A stretch of 64,000 bases of DNA from Octopus bimaculoides (Eukaryota). The notes beneath the pieces are model-generated. The model was not told the DNA's origin. It saw nothing but the letters and a program-made list of their open reading frames with translations, and ran no database searches. The DNA is taken from the NCBI RefSeq assembly GCF_001194135.2, contig NC_068981.1, positions 192,414,608-192,478,607 on the forward strand. The letters run 5' to 3'. How positions within the stretch are numbered: position 1 is the stretch's first letter; the number at the start of each line of letters is the position of its first letter. This document shows, piece by piece, positions 37,244 through 50,500 of this stretch. The position numbers and the translations under genes were made by a program.

Positions 37244-38322
37244 GTGAGTAATTCAATTCTCCTTTTCTTTTCTTTTTTATCTACCAGTGCTCAGTTGGCT
37301 TCTGTTTATAGTTTCTTTCACGTTTGTGGTATTTGTAGCTTGGTCATTAGTTTGTATTGTTGCTGTATAAAGTTTATATCAGTTGGCATTAAATTAGGAC
37401 ATTGATTGGTGTCTGCAGCAATTAGGCTGTTGGTAGAGAGTTCATCAGAGAGTTAATTAAGCTCTGCTGTAATGATGAGTGAAAGTATAACATTTCAGGA
37501 CCTTTGCTTTGTTTTGAGAGAGTGAGGGAAGAAGAGAGAGAGAGAGAGAAAAAGAGAGGGTGTTGTTAGTTGGGTTGTTGACCTATACTTTATCTCTTTT
37601 CTTCACCCTTTCATTTAAAAGCCAAGCATCTCAATCAGTGGTTCTCAACCATTTTAATATCCAGGCCAGATCCAAAACCTGGATTTCTTTGAGGAGGCCA
37701 CACCAAAAAAAGTAGAACACAAGTCAAAGAAAAATTTATTATATTTATCAAGAGAAGACTGTTGAGGACTGCTGGAAGGATGCTTTGAGAGCTGCATGAG
37801 GCCCTGGGAGCTGCAGTTGGCAGCTGCTGATCTAAATGTTAGATTCTATATTCCTCACAGTATTTAACTCTCATTGATTAAATCAACATTAGCTAACAAT
37901 CAGATTAATTATTCGCAGATGGAAATAATTATTCATATTGTAATGGTTTCCAAATTATAATTGATGTTCCTGTGTATATAACAATGTATATATAAATATT
38001 GAATGACATCAGGTAAAATGGGACAATATATTATAGCTAGTACTGTTCTACATTTTTATACACACTGTTTTTATACATGTTATAAATTTTATAGACTCTT
38101 TTTATATATATTGTTTTTATATTATAAATCTTACACACCATTGTCATATATAGAAATTTAATACACACTAGATATATATATTTTATAGATTTTATATAAA
38201 CTGTTTTTACACACAAATTTATACACACCGTTTTTATACAAATAAATCTTATACTCAATCTTAATGTAAGGCTGTTTCTAAGTGTGTATATTATTATCAC
38301 TGTTGTAATTTTATTTCTCCAG

Positions 38323-38486
38323 GGATCCATGGATCATGCTATTTTATTGTGTAGTCTGTTGCTTGGCTTTGGTCTAAATGCATATGTATGTGTAGGAACC
38401 AAGTCAAAAGGCAGTATCCACTTTTGGGTTGTTACAATCAGCTGTGAAGGACTGGTAACATTTTGGGAGAGTTTAACTGGTCTTAC
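38323..38486 (+). CDS. CEP76: CEP76 exon 7 (GSMDHAILLCSLLLGFGLNAYVCVGTK...HFWV...FWESLTG)
   Basis: Matches DCEDHANLLCSLLLGYGLEAFVCVGTK...HAWV...FWESLTG; CTCCAG| and |GTAAGT; phase 0 to 2. Confidence 0.96.
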
Positions 38487-39452
38487 GTAAGTTAGTCTCC
38501 ACATTTTTTTAAAACTCGAATTCTTCAAGAAATATGTATAGTGTTAATTTGAAAGTCAGAATGTAGTTATAAGCAAGAATATGTCTTAATTAGTTATTAA
38601 ACAACATCAGCATACTGACCATACTCAAATATTGCAAAGAACCCGACCATGTGGTCTAGGGATCAGTCTCACTGCATGATACTTTGACTAAGTCTTCTAC
38701 TTTAGTCTTAGGCTGACCAAAGCCTTATGAGTGGATTCAGTTGACAGGAACTGAAAAGAAGCCTGTCCTATATCTATGTTTGTGTGTATCCTTGCCTTGA
38801 TATCATGTGATAGTTGTAAACAAGCATCACCCTCATACAAACAGTGTTTGTTTCCTGCCTTTCATGGACAACATGTCTGGCAATGGGTAAATACCTTACT
38901 TAGAAACAGGTGACAGGGAGAGCATCCAGCCATAGAAAATTAGCCTCAACAAACTCCCTCTAGCCCATGCAGGTATGGAAAAGACATTAAATGATGATGA
39001 TTATACATGTACTTGTGTGTGTGTGTGTGTACATGAATGATAGTCTTCTGTACAGTTTCACTCGCAAGGTTTAGTTAACCTGTGCAGTGGGATCAAACCT
39101 GTGCTCTTTGTCAACAATATTAGGACAGGATATTAAATGAATCAGTTGTATGCCTAATGTTTGTAATCTTTTTTTAAGAAATCACCATCATTGTTTTAAT
39201 GTCGACTTTTCGATGCTTGCATGGGTTGGATCCTTGAAGAAGACACTTGCCCATGGTGCTGCATAGTGAGATTGAACCTGATACCTATGGTTCAAAAGCT
39301 CACTTAACCACACAGCCACGTCTGTGCTCATGTTGTTTTCTATTCTGTGTATTGTGGACTAGAAGGCTATATCACTTGTGATACTGTCATGATTAAATGC
39401 ATCCTGTACAATTCTACATTCTATTGGAAGGTTTCAATTTACATTACTTTAA

Positions 39453-39666
39453 CCTTTTCGTTACCATATTCCTGTTGAATTATATTGTCTTTGTTTCAAT
39501 TAATTTTAAAATTAATGAATAATGAAATAACTTTGTTACTATTAAGCTGGTTTTTGGGTCTTGATTTAACACCTTTTGATGGTTGATTTGAATTTTTAAT
39601 ACTTTAGAAATAGAAGTTTGTATCATAGAACCAAAGTCAGTCTCAGGCAGGATGGTGTCAAAAGGG
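39453..39666. mobile_element. piggyBac-type MITE (older copy)
   Basis: TTAA|CCTTTTCGTTACCA ... GTCAAAAGGG; homologous to 54313-54531 and 59436-59657. Confidence 0.65.
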
Positions 39667-39759
39667 TTTATTAAAAGATAATTTTCAACTCAAAAATTGA
39701 TTTCCTCCATAAAGCTGGGAGAGATAATTTTAAAAAAGCGTTTTAATTTTTTTTTGTAG

Positions 39760-39880
39760 GTATATTCATAAACCTTTAGATCAAAATAATCCACCTCTGG
39801 CCAAGAAATATGCTCATCCTATGCCTTACAGAACTGTAGGATGTATCTTTAATCATTGTCAATTCTATGCCAATTGTCAG
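39760..39880 (+). CDS. CEP76: CEP76 exon 8 (YIHKPLD...PYRTVGCIFNH..FYANCQ)
   Basis: Matches YIHKP...PYRTIGCVFNHQMFLGNCQ; TGTAG| and CAG|GTAAAT; phase 2 to 0. Confidence 0.96.
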
Positions 39881-39947
39881 GTAAATATATTTATTATATC
39901 TATTTCTCAAAACAGATAATTTTTCATATACATCTACTCATTTGTCC

Positions 39948-39991
<44 letters not shown>

Positions 39992-40895
39992 TCATCATCA
40001 TCATCATCATCAATTAACATCTGCTTTCCAGGCTGGCATGGGTTAGACTGTTTGGCTGGAACTGGTAAGCCGGGGAGCTGCTCCAGGATCCAGTCTGATT
40101 TGGCTTGGTTTCTACAACTGGATGCCCTTCCTAATGCCAACCACTCCATCATGTAAAAGCACCCATTACACTCTTGGAGTAGTTGGCATTAGGAAGGGCA
40201 TCCAGCCGTAGAAATCATGTCAAATCAGACTGGAGTCTGTGCAGCCCCTCGGCTTTCTAGCATGGACAACAGGCATTAAATGACGTGTATGTATATAGAT
40301 ACACACACATACACACATGTTTATATTAATAGCTTTTGTCAGAAATGATATCAGTTCTCTTGCATCCATGCATTGCATTAAGAAAACAAAAGTTAGCACA
40401 GAGCCTTAGTCACTTAAAAACATAATTGTTTGTAATCATTATCTAAAGTTTAAATATCATACACATGAACTGATGTAAGAATAATTAATCATAAATGGCT
40501 ATTAGTCATTGAATGGAATATAAAAAAGTTGCTCTTTAACTGCAGGCCAGTCTGATTCAGCAGATGTTCTAGCTGTGACCATCCTGTCTTTCAAATAGCT
40601 GTATATCTATGACTAGACTGTCCAATATGTCCTGTTTTGAAATGGTATTTCTAAAGATTGAGCATAGATGTGCCTTTGTTGGTTCACATCTGAAGAGCAT
40701 TATAACCTATGATGTTATATGACAGATGGAGAATATACAAGGTACAAGGATGATAAAAACTGATCTGACTGTAGAATTAAACTACTCAAGGAATGTCATA
40801 CAGAAATATGTTTCTTTATAGATCTATTCAACCCATATATGTGAAAAGGGATGTTAAATCTATGATAATAAAGAGCAAAACAATCTGAATTGTCC

Positions 40896-40974
40896 GATAT
40901 TTTTCATATTATTTCTGATATTTTTCATATTATTTCTGATATTTTTCATATTATTTCTGATATTTTTCATATTA
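40896..40974 (+). repeat. 21-bp minisatellite (GATATTTTTCATATTATTTCT) x about 3.8
   Basis: Units start at 40896, 40917, 40938 and 40959. Confidence 0.95.
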
Positions 40975-41056
40975 GAATGTTTTTATAGATTTTTCTTTTT
41001 TTTGTATTTGTATTGCATACAGTAGTAAAATATTTCCTTTAAAATTATTTCACCAG

Positions 41057-41269
41057 TCAAGTGATGCCATAGAGATATGTGAATTCAATGTAAAAGTATC
41101 AAGCAGTTGGAAATCTATGTCTGAGAATGCCATCTGGTCAATTTGTGAACCTTCTTCTTGTCCTCTCTGGCCTCCACTTTGCCCACTTAGACGTAATCCA
41201 TTTGACACAGTGAAATATAGTGATCTTCTTGAGAAGCAACTTTGTGATTTAGTCGTTGCATACAGACAG
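41057..41269 (+). CDS. CEP76: CEP76 exon 9 (SSDAIEICEF...WKSMSENAI...LEKQLCDLVVAYRQ)
   Basis: Matches PSDAVETCVF...WKPMSEEAI; CACCAG| and CAG|GTAATA; 213 nt, phase 0 to 0. Confidence 0.92.
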
Positions 41270-41712
41270 GTAATATAAATATGTTCTGAAATATTGATTT
41301 AACCAGTTCATCATGTTATTTGGAAGAGTTAATATTTTTTTTTTCAGTGAAATATTCCCAAACTTTGGTTCAAGTTAATTTATTTATATTATTCTTATTG
41401 TCCTCATAAAGGAACCTCTGCACAGAAGCCTATCATATATATGTGTCCATGATTGTGCTTATCTTTACTGGTATAAAAAAACCAGTGTTGTGTCAAGAAC
41501 TGTTACTTAGTAATTTGACAAAATGTAGATCAATAAAATAAATACCAGATTGAAATCAATTCATTCAATTAAAAATTCTTCAAGTTGGTGCCCCAGCATG
41601 GCCGTAGTCTAATGACTGAAACAAATAAAAGAGAAAAGAATGTTCTAATGATTTTGCCAACTTGCTGCCTGTGGCAATAATAATGAAAGTATTGTTATTA
41701 TTTATTTTCCAG

Positions 41713-41800
41713 AATGAAGGTCTCACAACTCAGTGGGATCACGAACTTTCTTACTTACTGACATCTTTGCTGTCTTCTCATGAATGTGAACGAATTACAG
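41713..41800 (+). CDS. CEP76: CEP76 exon 10 (NEGLTTQWDHELSYLL...ECERIT)
   Basis: Matches DLGLTTVWEDQLSYLL; TTTTCCAG| and CAG|GTAACC; phase 0 to 1. Confidence 0.93.
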
Positions 41801-42635
41801 GTAACCACTCATTTTAATCTCAGCTAACTTCACGGTTTCAGGTTCAGCCCCATTGTGGCACTTTGGGAATGTTTTTCATGCTGTAGGGACCATGCCAAAA
41901 CAGACAACTGGAGTGTGGTGCAGCTCTCTGGCTTGTCAGCTCCTTCCTGTCAAACTGTCCAACCCATGCCAACATGGAAAACATGTTAAATGACGATGGT
42001 TTCTCAAGGAAAAAAAATAGATGTAAAATCGAACTACAGAACTGCTACTCTTCCATAACGTGTGTAGCATACAGTAAACCATGTTGATTAGTCTAAATTA
42101 TACAGTCATTTTATAATTAGCCCTGGAACAATGACTCTGGTGAGCTTAGATGATAGTCGTCAACGTTTAGTCTCCAGATTCTCTGCTACTTTGCATTGAT
42201 GGTTTGACAGGATCTGTTGAGCCAGAGGATCTGTCTTCTTTGCCATGGTCTCAATGGCTGGATAGCCTTCCTGATACTAACCACTTTGCTGCATTATATA
42301 TTACTAGCAACACCTAAATAAATTCCATGGTTATTTTGAAAACTCTTAGATTGTTGTTAGTTTATACAGAACCAAGAAATACATAAATTCTTTTGAAATT
42401 GTATTTTCTGAAGCATTTCATTTTTGAGATGATGTAACGTCCACACAGGTAGTATAGAAGGTGCAGCCTTTGGAGTGAACATCTTTGAAAACTATATTCT
42501 TTGTTATGCTCTTTACAGTTATCACTTATCTTTTATGTCAAGAAGTGAATGTGCTTCAGAAAGTATTACATATATTGTCCATGAGAATGTACTCTTTTAG
42601 ATTTTATTAATTATGTGAAATCTTTGCTTATGAAG

Positions 42636-42765
42636 GTTTTACTGCTGGTAACGAAGAATTTCAAGATGCCTTGCAGCAAGCAATTCCTGAGAAACATACT
42701 TTCAGTGGTTTTCCGATTCAGCAAAAACACACAAACATTAAAAAGTTGTTTCATGAAGCTCTGAA
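42636..42765 (+). CDS. CEP76: CEP76 exon 11 (FTAGNEEFQDALQQAIPEKHTFSGFPI...)
   Basis: Matches SAGNEEFQDAIRRAVPDGHTFKGFPI; weak acceptor TATGAAG|, donor |GTAAGT; phase 1 to 2. Confidence 0.92.
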
Positions 42766-44315
42766 GTAAGTTTTTAGCTTTTATTTTCATTTGTGTTTTT
42801 TTGTTAAAAAAAAATTGAAATTTTATTATATATACATGGCTGTGTGGTTGAGAAGCTTGCTTCCCAATCATGTCTCAAGCTCAGCCCCACAACACAACTT
42901 GATTTAATGTCTTCTGTTATATTCTGGGCCAACCAAAGTCTTGTGGGTGAATATGGTAGATGGAAACTGAAAGAAGACCATGTTAATGTGTGTGTGATTG
43001 TGTTTCCTCATTTTGTCATTGTGAGATAATTGTAAATGAGTGCCATTCACACGATCAGTGGCTTTTCATTTCCAATCTTTCGGGAAAATATGGCTGGCTA
43101 TGGGAGAAACATTACCTTGCTTGGTGACAGGAAAGGTGTCTGGCTATAGAAAATCTGCCTCAGTGAACCCTGTTTGACCCATATGGACATTAAAATGGTG
43201 ATGATGATGATGATGATTTAAATTAGGTAGTATAAAATGTGGGTGAATGAAGTTTGTACATTATTGGGGCTGTCTGGAACAGTTAAGCAGTAGGGCTCCT
43301 ACACACACACCAGTAATATACATTAAAATAAAGTTACTTGACCAGTGGGATAGCACTGTACCTCACATCTTATTGTGATTATACATAACATCTATCATGT
43401 TTAACCTCAGGTTAATCCTGATATAGCAGAACTATGATCAACCAGGACCATCCTATTTTTGTATGTGTATTGGAATGCATTACCTTCTGTATCTTTGCTT
43501 ATTTTAAGCCAGTAGAGTGTGATATGAGGGAAATTTGGTTACTGGTTCTAGCAGGTGGAGGTTCCTTCATTGACATGTTATGTTAGAAAGTGATTCAATT
43601 TCATGTTTATTAAAACCCCTGAAATATTTTATTAAAAGTTATGACCTTTGTCAAGTAAATACTCTTGGACTTAGTGAAACATTTACTTTTTCTATTCAGC
43701 TTGTATGTATTGTTTCACTCACTCCCCTAATTACATTGTTTGTTACATTTACTTAGAGTGAACAGAGACGAGTAGAGAAGACACTTTAGTGTTGCAGAGG
43801 ACAAAGCAAACTCCCTGTTATTGGTGTCATGAAAATTGCACTCTATACACTCTGTAAATGTGTTAGGAAAGACATGCAACCATAGAAGCCACGCTGCCTC
43901 CCAAAATGGAACATACGAGTAAGATGTTCTCCAAAATGTTTCGGAAGGCAATAACTCCTCTGCGTAAGAACTGTTTCGGACTATGACAACTTGTTCAACA
44001 GTGATGATGATAGCACCATCATCATCATCGTTGTTATTGCAGCAAGCTGGCAGAATTGTTAGCTGCATTTCTACTGGTTCTTTATGGTCTCAGTTCAAAT
44101 GCTGCCAAGGTGTTTATTTTATCAACTCTGAAAAGGGTAAGAGGGTAAGTCAACCCTGGTAGCATTTGGACACAGAGTGTAAAGTCAGAAGAAATGCTGT
44201 TAAGCATCTTTAACAGTGCGGTAACAATCCTGCCAACTCACTGTTTTCAATTACTGATATTTATTAATTACTAATAATATAATAACTGATATTTCTCTCA
44301 TTGTCTTTTTCTCAG

Positions 44316-44454
44316 GTCCTCTGTTTGTCAAGACATCATTTCATGCCGAGGAGACAAAGTCCGCCTGTCCGTCAGAGTCTGTGTTTTTCCCTACCCTGAA
44401 AGTGTATGTGCAATGTGGGCCATGTTTGCTTGTGTTTGCCAAAGGATTATTTAA
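44316..44454 (+). CDS. CEP76: CEP76 exon 12, terminal (VCQDIISCRGDKVRLSVRVCVFPYPESVCAMWAMFAC...*)
   Basis: Matches CEEIICCRGDQVRLAVRVRVFTYPESACAVWIMFAC; CTCAG| acceptor, TAA at 44452-44454. The 12 exons sum to 1917 nt, 638 aa plus stop. Confidence 0.96.
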
Positions 44455-44690
44455 ACAGTATTTCATTGCATAATCATTTTTACAAATGATTCCTCATCAA
44501 TTTCCATCAAACTCGAATTTTTACGATAACCTGATAAGTAAGAATCATTAAGATTAATCAGACTAATTAGACATGTTATTAACTTTTGTTGTTATACATT
44601 TTGTTAGTGTGAATCTTCTTCAGCTGCACAGTTTTACTTATTTATATATATATATATATATATATATTCATTTATAATTATATAATATAA

Positions 44691-44844
44691 TTATATTAAA
44701 GGGTGTGGATAAACCCCACCAACACGCTAGAAATAGACGCCAAATGGCTCTACAAACAGGTGCTAACGGAGATGTAGTTTTTAGAGCCATTTGGTGTCTA
44801 TTTCTAGCGTGTTGGTGGATGTTTATCCGCATCCTTTGATATAA
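44691..44844. mobile_element. Foldback MITE-like element with ~65-bp arms, 240 bp after the CEP76 stop
   Basis: 44691-44757 pairs with 44777-44844 (e.g. CCACCAACACGCTAGAAATAGAC / GTCTATTTCTAGCGTGTTGGTGG perfect); TA-flanked. Confidence 0.85.
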
Positions 44845-44939
44845 TTATTAATTAGTATAAATTGTAACCCGTATGTTTTTTTTTTATTTCATGCTGGCCA
44901 CTTGATAAAATCATTAAAGTGGTTTTATCCTTAATTTTG

Positions 44940-44977
<38 letters not shown>

Positions 44978-45206
44978 AAGGATGTGTTATACTATTCCAT
45001 AACCATACCAACAATCCAACATACCTCCATCATCAGCTGCCCCACGGATATCATTATGGTTTTGACACCTGGACAGTGCCATTCAATCCTGCAGTGTCAA
45101 CACACACACACACACATATATACACTTTCATCTGAAGTTTACAGTGGCATGAAACTCAAGTTGTGAGATAAACTCTCAGCAACAGTTACACGTGTGTGTG
45201 TATGTG

Positions 45207-45265
<59 letters not shown>

Positions 45266-45934
45266 CCATATATATATATAGCCATATCTTTTATCTTTTA
45301 CCTCTTTCAGTCATTGAGCTGCCTTAAAGGGATTAATCGAACAAAAACAAATCACCCTCAGCACTTATATTTAAGTCTGTTACTTATTGTCAGTTCCTTT
45401 TGCCGAACCGCTAAGTTATGGATGTATAAAGAAATTGATACAAGTTGTCAGGCAGTGTGGTAGAGACAAAAACACACACACACCAATACGCACACATGTG
45501 TGCAACAAGCTTCTATATAAAAGGCATTGGTTATCTAGGCCCTATAATAGGAGACATCTACCCAAGGTGCCATGCAGTGGGATTGAACCCAAAACTGTGG
45601 TTGTGCAAAGTGTTCTTAACCACACACCCATGCCTGCATGATGTGTTTGTGTGTGTGTGTATTTTTGACAGGGACTTAAAAGTTTTGGCCACTCAAGCCG
45701 TTGTTGGACTGCTGATAATGGCTTAACTGGTCAAAACTTTGAAGTCACTGTCAACCATATTCTTGTTTAAGAATAAACTTGTATAGAGTAACCCCTCAGA
45801 TTAACGTAAAATTGTCTTTATTGTAACGAAACATAAAAGCAATAAAATGTATATAAAATTAATACTCAGCAATTACAGAGTGGCTTAAGGGGCTGAGAGT
45901 TTCATGCATTGATTTTCCTGTTTGCATCACCAAA

Positions 45935-45973
<39 letters not shown>

Positions 45974-48900
45974 ATATAAATGTATGCATATGGTAGCTGA
46001 AGTTATTGAATATACCAAGGATACCTCATTTCAGAAATGTATGGTTGTATTAATCCTAAAATGAATTTATTTAAACGTTTATAGAAGTAAAATTACTTTA
46101 CATAGTTTATTGTTATTGTTCAATTTAAAAAGATCACCAGCTATGTTATCTTTCATGTTGAACATTTATTTTTTAATTAATTCTAGAAATGTTTTTTCTT
46201 GTTTGTGTATTCATTATATGAAAATTTCCTTCTGTTTAAGTTATATTTATTTATTTTTAATTGGAAGCCCATTAAATTAATATTAGAAACCATGAAAAAA
46301 ATTATGGAAATGTCTAAATATTTTTATCAGTTTATTTGAAAAACAGTATCATGCCAGTTTAGTTTTTGGTAACTATTACAGCATCATGTTTAGATGTTGT
46401 TTTGGTTTCAGTCTTTCTCAGAATTTCTTAGTTCTAAGATACTTCCTGTTTTAAAGGAATCCAAATTAAAACCTTCCAACGAAATTTCATGTTACTGTAT
46501 ACGGTACACCTTTTTCTTTCTTCACCAAAAAAAATCACTCTAGATTCTAAATGCTAAGTTCGGGCTCCCATAAGCCCTATCTCTCAACTACCATATTTGT
46601 TCACTCAGATTGCTACTTTCCTAATCACTTTCACCAGTTTGATTGTCCAAATCACTCACATTGCCCGAGAAGTGTAAACTCTTTGTCTGAAGAATACACA
46701 TCATTAATAATTTCCTCGTTTGCAAAGAGTGTAAGCCTTGCTTGTTTACAAGATAAAGTGTTGAGTTCATTACATGCCTGTTTTATCATAAAATTCTTCT
46801 CTTTTTCAATTAAAAACAAAACTGAACAACAGCTCAGATGGGGGAAACACTGTTAGCAATGAGTCATAAATACACTTGACTACAAAATAGTTGTGTTTTT
46901 AGTATTTTATTTTCTCTTTTTGTGTATGTTGGTCATCACTGCTTTATCAGGAATCCAGTAGCGATTTTGTTTATGCTATTCCCAGTAGGCTAGGAACACA
47001 GTATGATAGGGCTCATGTATGAATAACATTTTGATTTTGAATATGTACAACTGAAATTGGGGTACATCTAATACACCTGTATGTCTTTTATGCTGTCAAA
47101 AGCTTAATAATACCAAAGTTGTTTTACCAAATTCTCCTTTATTTTTCAAATGAATTGAAACATTATTTCAACAGAAATATGGTAACAAAACGGTTAAATG
47201 ATAAATCTCCACCTTGTGATTTTGACTTGTTCTGTTTGTGTAAAACCACATTCATTTATCTGGAGTACTATATTTGCTGGCATAAAAGTTATCTTGGTAC
47301 ATTATAGATGTACCCCAATTTCAGCTGCGCATATTCAGGGAGAAAAGGGTTTAGGTACATTAAAGCATGTACTACAGGTCCAACTTTGCTTATAGGACCC
47401 GGGGCAATTTTTCGATATATTTTTTTTATAAAAAAAGTGCTCTTATGTGCAGACTGATATAAGGTTTTGTTCTCTTGAGCCAAGAATTACATTCTTTAAG
47501 TACAAACAGTTTATCATTGTGAAACTCCCCACATTCTTTGGGCTCTCATAATTATATAACTGCTGCAAGCATTTTGTAAAACCATAAAACATAATTTTGA
47601 ATCAAATTTTTTTTCCTGGTGTAACCATCAATTAAAACAGATAGATTATATAGATCTTGAAAGTGATTTTTATAGTAATAATATAGTAATATATGTGTGT
47701 TTGTGTATTTTTTCCTTTTTAAGCTGGCAAATATGCTCTGGAAAAATTTATTACAGATTTCCTTATTGGTATTAAACTGCTGAGATTAAAAGATTTCCTG
47801 ATAGTTTTTTCTATCATTAGTTTATAATTTTGATAAGGGACTGATTTTTAAAAATAAATCTTGCTTTCTGTGTTGCTAATTCAAAGATCAATTTTATCAA
47901 TTACATCACTTATCATTTTACATGATTAATCAGCATATTTGAGACTAATTAAGTCAATTTTTATTCTCAGTAATTAAGAACTTTTTTCAGAATACAATCA
48001 ATCTCTGTAACATTAGCTGCCGACTTTTTTTTAACATTTTGATCCTCTATTGACAAGGTGAAAACTATTTTGAATTTGTATTTTTATAGTATGAAAAATG
48101 TTTGGGTTTGGGGTAATAGTCCCACACTAATGAAAAATGTTTATGAGTTGAGGTTTATTAGTTGCACACCTAACTAGGTTTGGGGCACCAGTTTCATTCC
48201 TTAGTGGATTAAGGGTACCACACAACATTGAAACAACAATCTCAAGTGGATTTAATAATAGTTTCTTATTTAAGCAGAAGGCTAGCAGATTTGAGGGGAA
48301 GAGATTCATTGATGCCATCAACTTGTACTCCATTGACTCCAATGAAATAAAAAGACAAAGTTGGCCATGGCAGGATTTGAACTCAGACTGTAAAAGAGTC
48401 AAAAGAAGTACTGCAAGGCATTTTGTCTGATGCTCTAATGATTCTGCCAATCCATCACCCTAAAAGGTGGATTTAATAACTAAAAAGTTTGAATATTATG
48501 TGTTTTAATACTAAATACCAGATTGGAAAGGGTTATTACATATAGACCAGCTGATATGTATCGTTGCAAAAGGTTATTAGATAGGATCAGCTGATATTAC
48601 AAAAGGTTATTCAACAGTTATTAGTGATCCTCTTAGGTAGAAATGAACTGATACATAATTGTATTTTAATACAATGATGCTAATAACCAAATAGTTTTGG
48701 TTCAGTAAATTTTGGGGTTTTTGATTTATTGATGAACTTTCTGTGAATGAGATATTTCTCCTCTGGAGGGGATAATTTTTTTATAATTTGAATATTTAAA
48801 ATAAAATTTTTTAAAGACTTTCTTACTATCCATATTTTTAAATAATTAAAATCTGTCCATTAAAAAAAAAAATTCTGCCTCTATTTGTGAAATTTGGTAG

Positions 48901-49535
48901 TATAGTTTCCATAATTACAACTGCTGGAAAGTTGAGAAATTTCAAAACATTTTCACAAGATTTTCTAAAAAAAATTCGTTGTAAATAGTGTATTTATATT
49001 TTGTAACCAAATTTCAAATCCAGCTGTTTCCTTCAAATTCTATTTTCTAAATGTGATTTGTAACAACTTCAATCATTTTTAGCCATTTTGTTGTACAACA
49101 ACAAAGAAAAAAAAAGGATAAAAGCACGACATCAAAATATTTTATATTAACATTGGACTGCAAAAAAAAAAAAAAATGTTTAAAAAAAATTTAATCAAAT
49201 GTAACTTCATTTTGTTGTGTTATTTTTTCAAAGTCAGTTCCAATGTTACAACTTGTTATATTTTCTTTCATGTTATTCCTAGAGTTCAGTTCTTCAACAA
49301 ATATCTCTAGGTTTTATAATTCATGATTCAAAAATTGTAAGTAAAAAGAGAAAAACTCATTTTGACAGATTGTGAAAGTTTGTTTAATAAAAATATTTTA
49401 AAATATTTTTGCTTGTCTTCAATTCAGCATCCAAATAATGTTAAGTTAAACCAAGAGCTGCATCTATCTGTAAAAAAAAAATGCCACAGCAGCCAAACAT
49501 TATTAGCATGTTAGACAAAATGCTTTGTGGCATTT

Positions 49536-50500
49536 CTTTCTACTCTTACCCTTCTGAGCTCAAATCCCACCAAGGTCAACTTTGCCTTTCATCTTTTTGG
49601 GGTCAGTAAAGTACCAGTCATGTACTGTGGTTGATGTAATCGACTAACTCCCTCCCAGATAAAATTAGTGGTTCTATGCCAAAATTTGAAACCACTATTT
49701 CAAGGCAAGGAGCTGACAGAATTGTTAGCACTTCAGGCAAAATGCTTAGAAGCATTTCATCTGACTCTTTACATTCTGAGTTTAATTCCAGCCAAGGTAA
49801 ATTTTACCTTTCATCCTTTTGGAGTCGATATAATAAATACCAGTTGAGCACTGGCGATCAATATGCTTGACTTCACCCCGCCCACTAAAAGTTCAGACCC
49901 GATGCTAAAATTAGAAAGAATTGTTTCAATCTGTATAGAAGGGAGGTAATGTGAAAACTTAGATTTCTGGTGGTGCTTTGGTTGTTTGATGCCTGTTATC
50001 TAGATTTATTTGACAAGAATACAGTGTGTACGATTGTTTAATGAACACAGGACTTCTCATACAGAACCAAATGTTCTTACCTACCCCACACCATGCACAC
50101 AAACAGATTGAAACAATTCTTTCTAATTTTAGCATCGGGTCTGAACTTTAGTGGGCGGGGTGAAGTCAAGCATATTGATCGCCAGTGCTCAACTGGTATT
50201 TATTATATCGACTCCAAAAGGATGAAAGGTAAAATTTACCTTGGCTGGAATTAAACTCAGAATGTAAAGAGTCAGACGAAATGCTTCTAAGCATTTTGCC
50301 TGAAGTGCTAACAATTCTGTCAGCTCCTTGCCTTGAAATAGTGGTTTCAAATTTTGGCATAGAACCACTAATTTTATCTGGGAGGGAGTTAGTCGATTAC
50401 ATCAACCACAGTACATGACTGGTACTTTACTGACCCCAAAAAGATGAAAGGCAAAGTTGACCTTGGTGGGATTTGAGCTCAGAAGGTTAAGAGTAGAAAG
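49536..50500. repeat. Long inverted duplication: arms 49536-49934 and 50103-50500, spacer 168 bp
   Basis: Arms differ by 2 substitutions and one 1-nt indel by manual comparison; explains the identical 64-aa ORFs at 49676 (+) and 50166 (-). Confidence 0.95.

Noticed and set aside
38040-38270. Degenerate TTTTATA(C/T)A(C/T)A array upstream of CEP76 exon 7
   Set aside because: Low-complexity decayed microsatellite with no stable unit or evident function.
49676-50360. Two identical 64-aa ORFs on opposite strands
   Set aside because: By-product of the inverted duplication of SINE sequence; not a gene pair.
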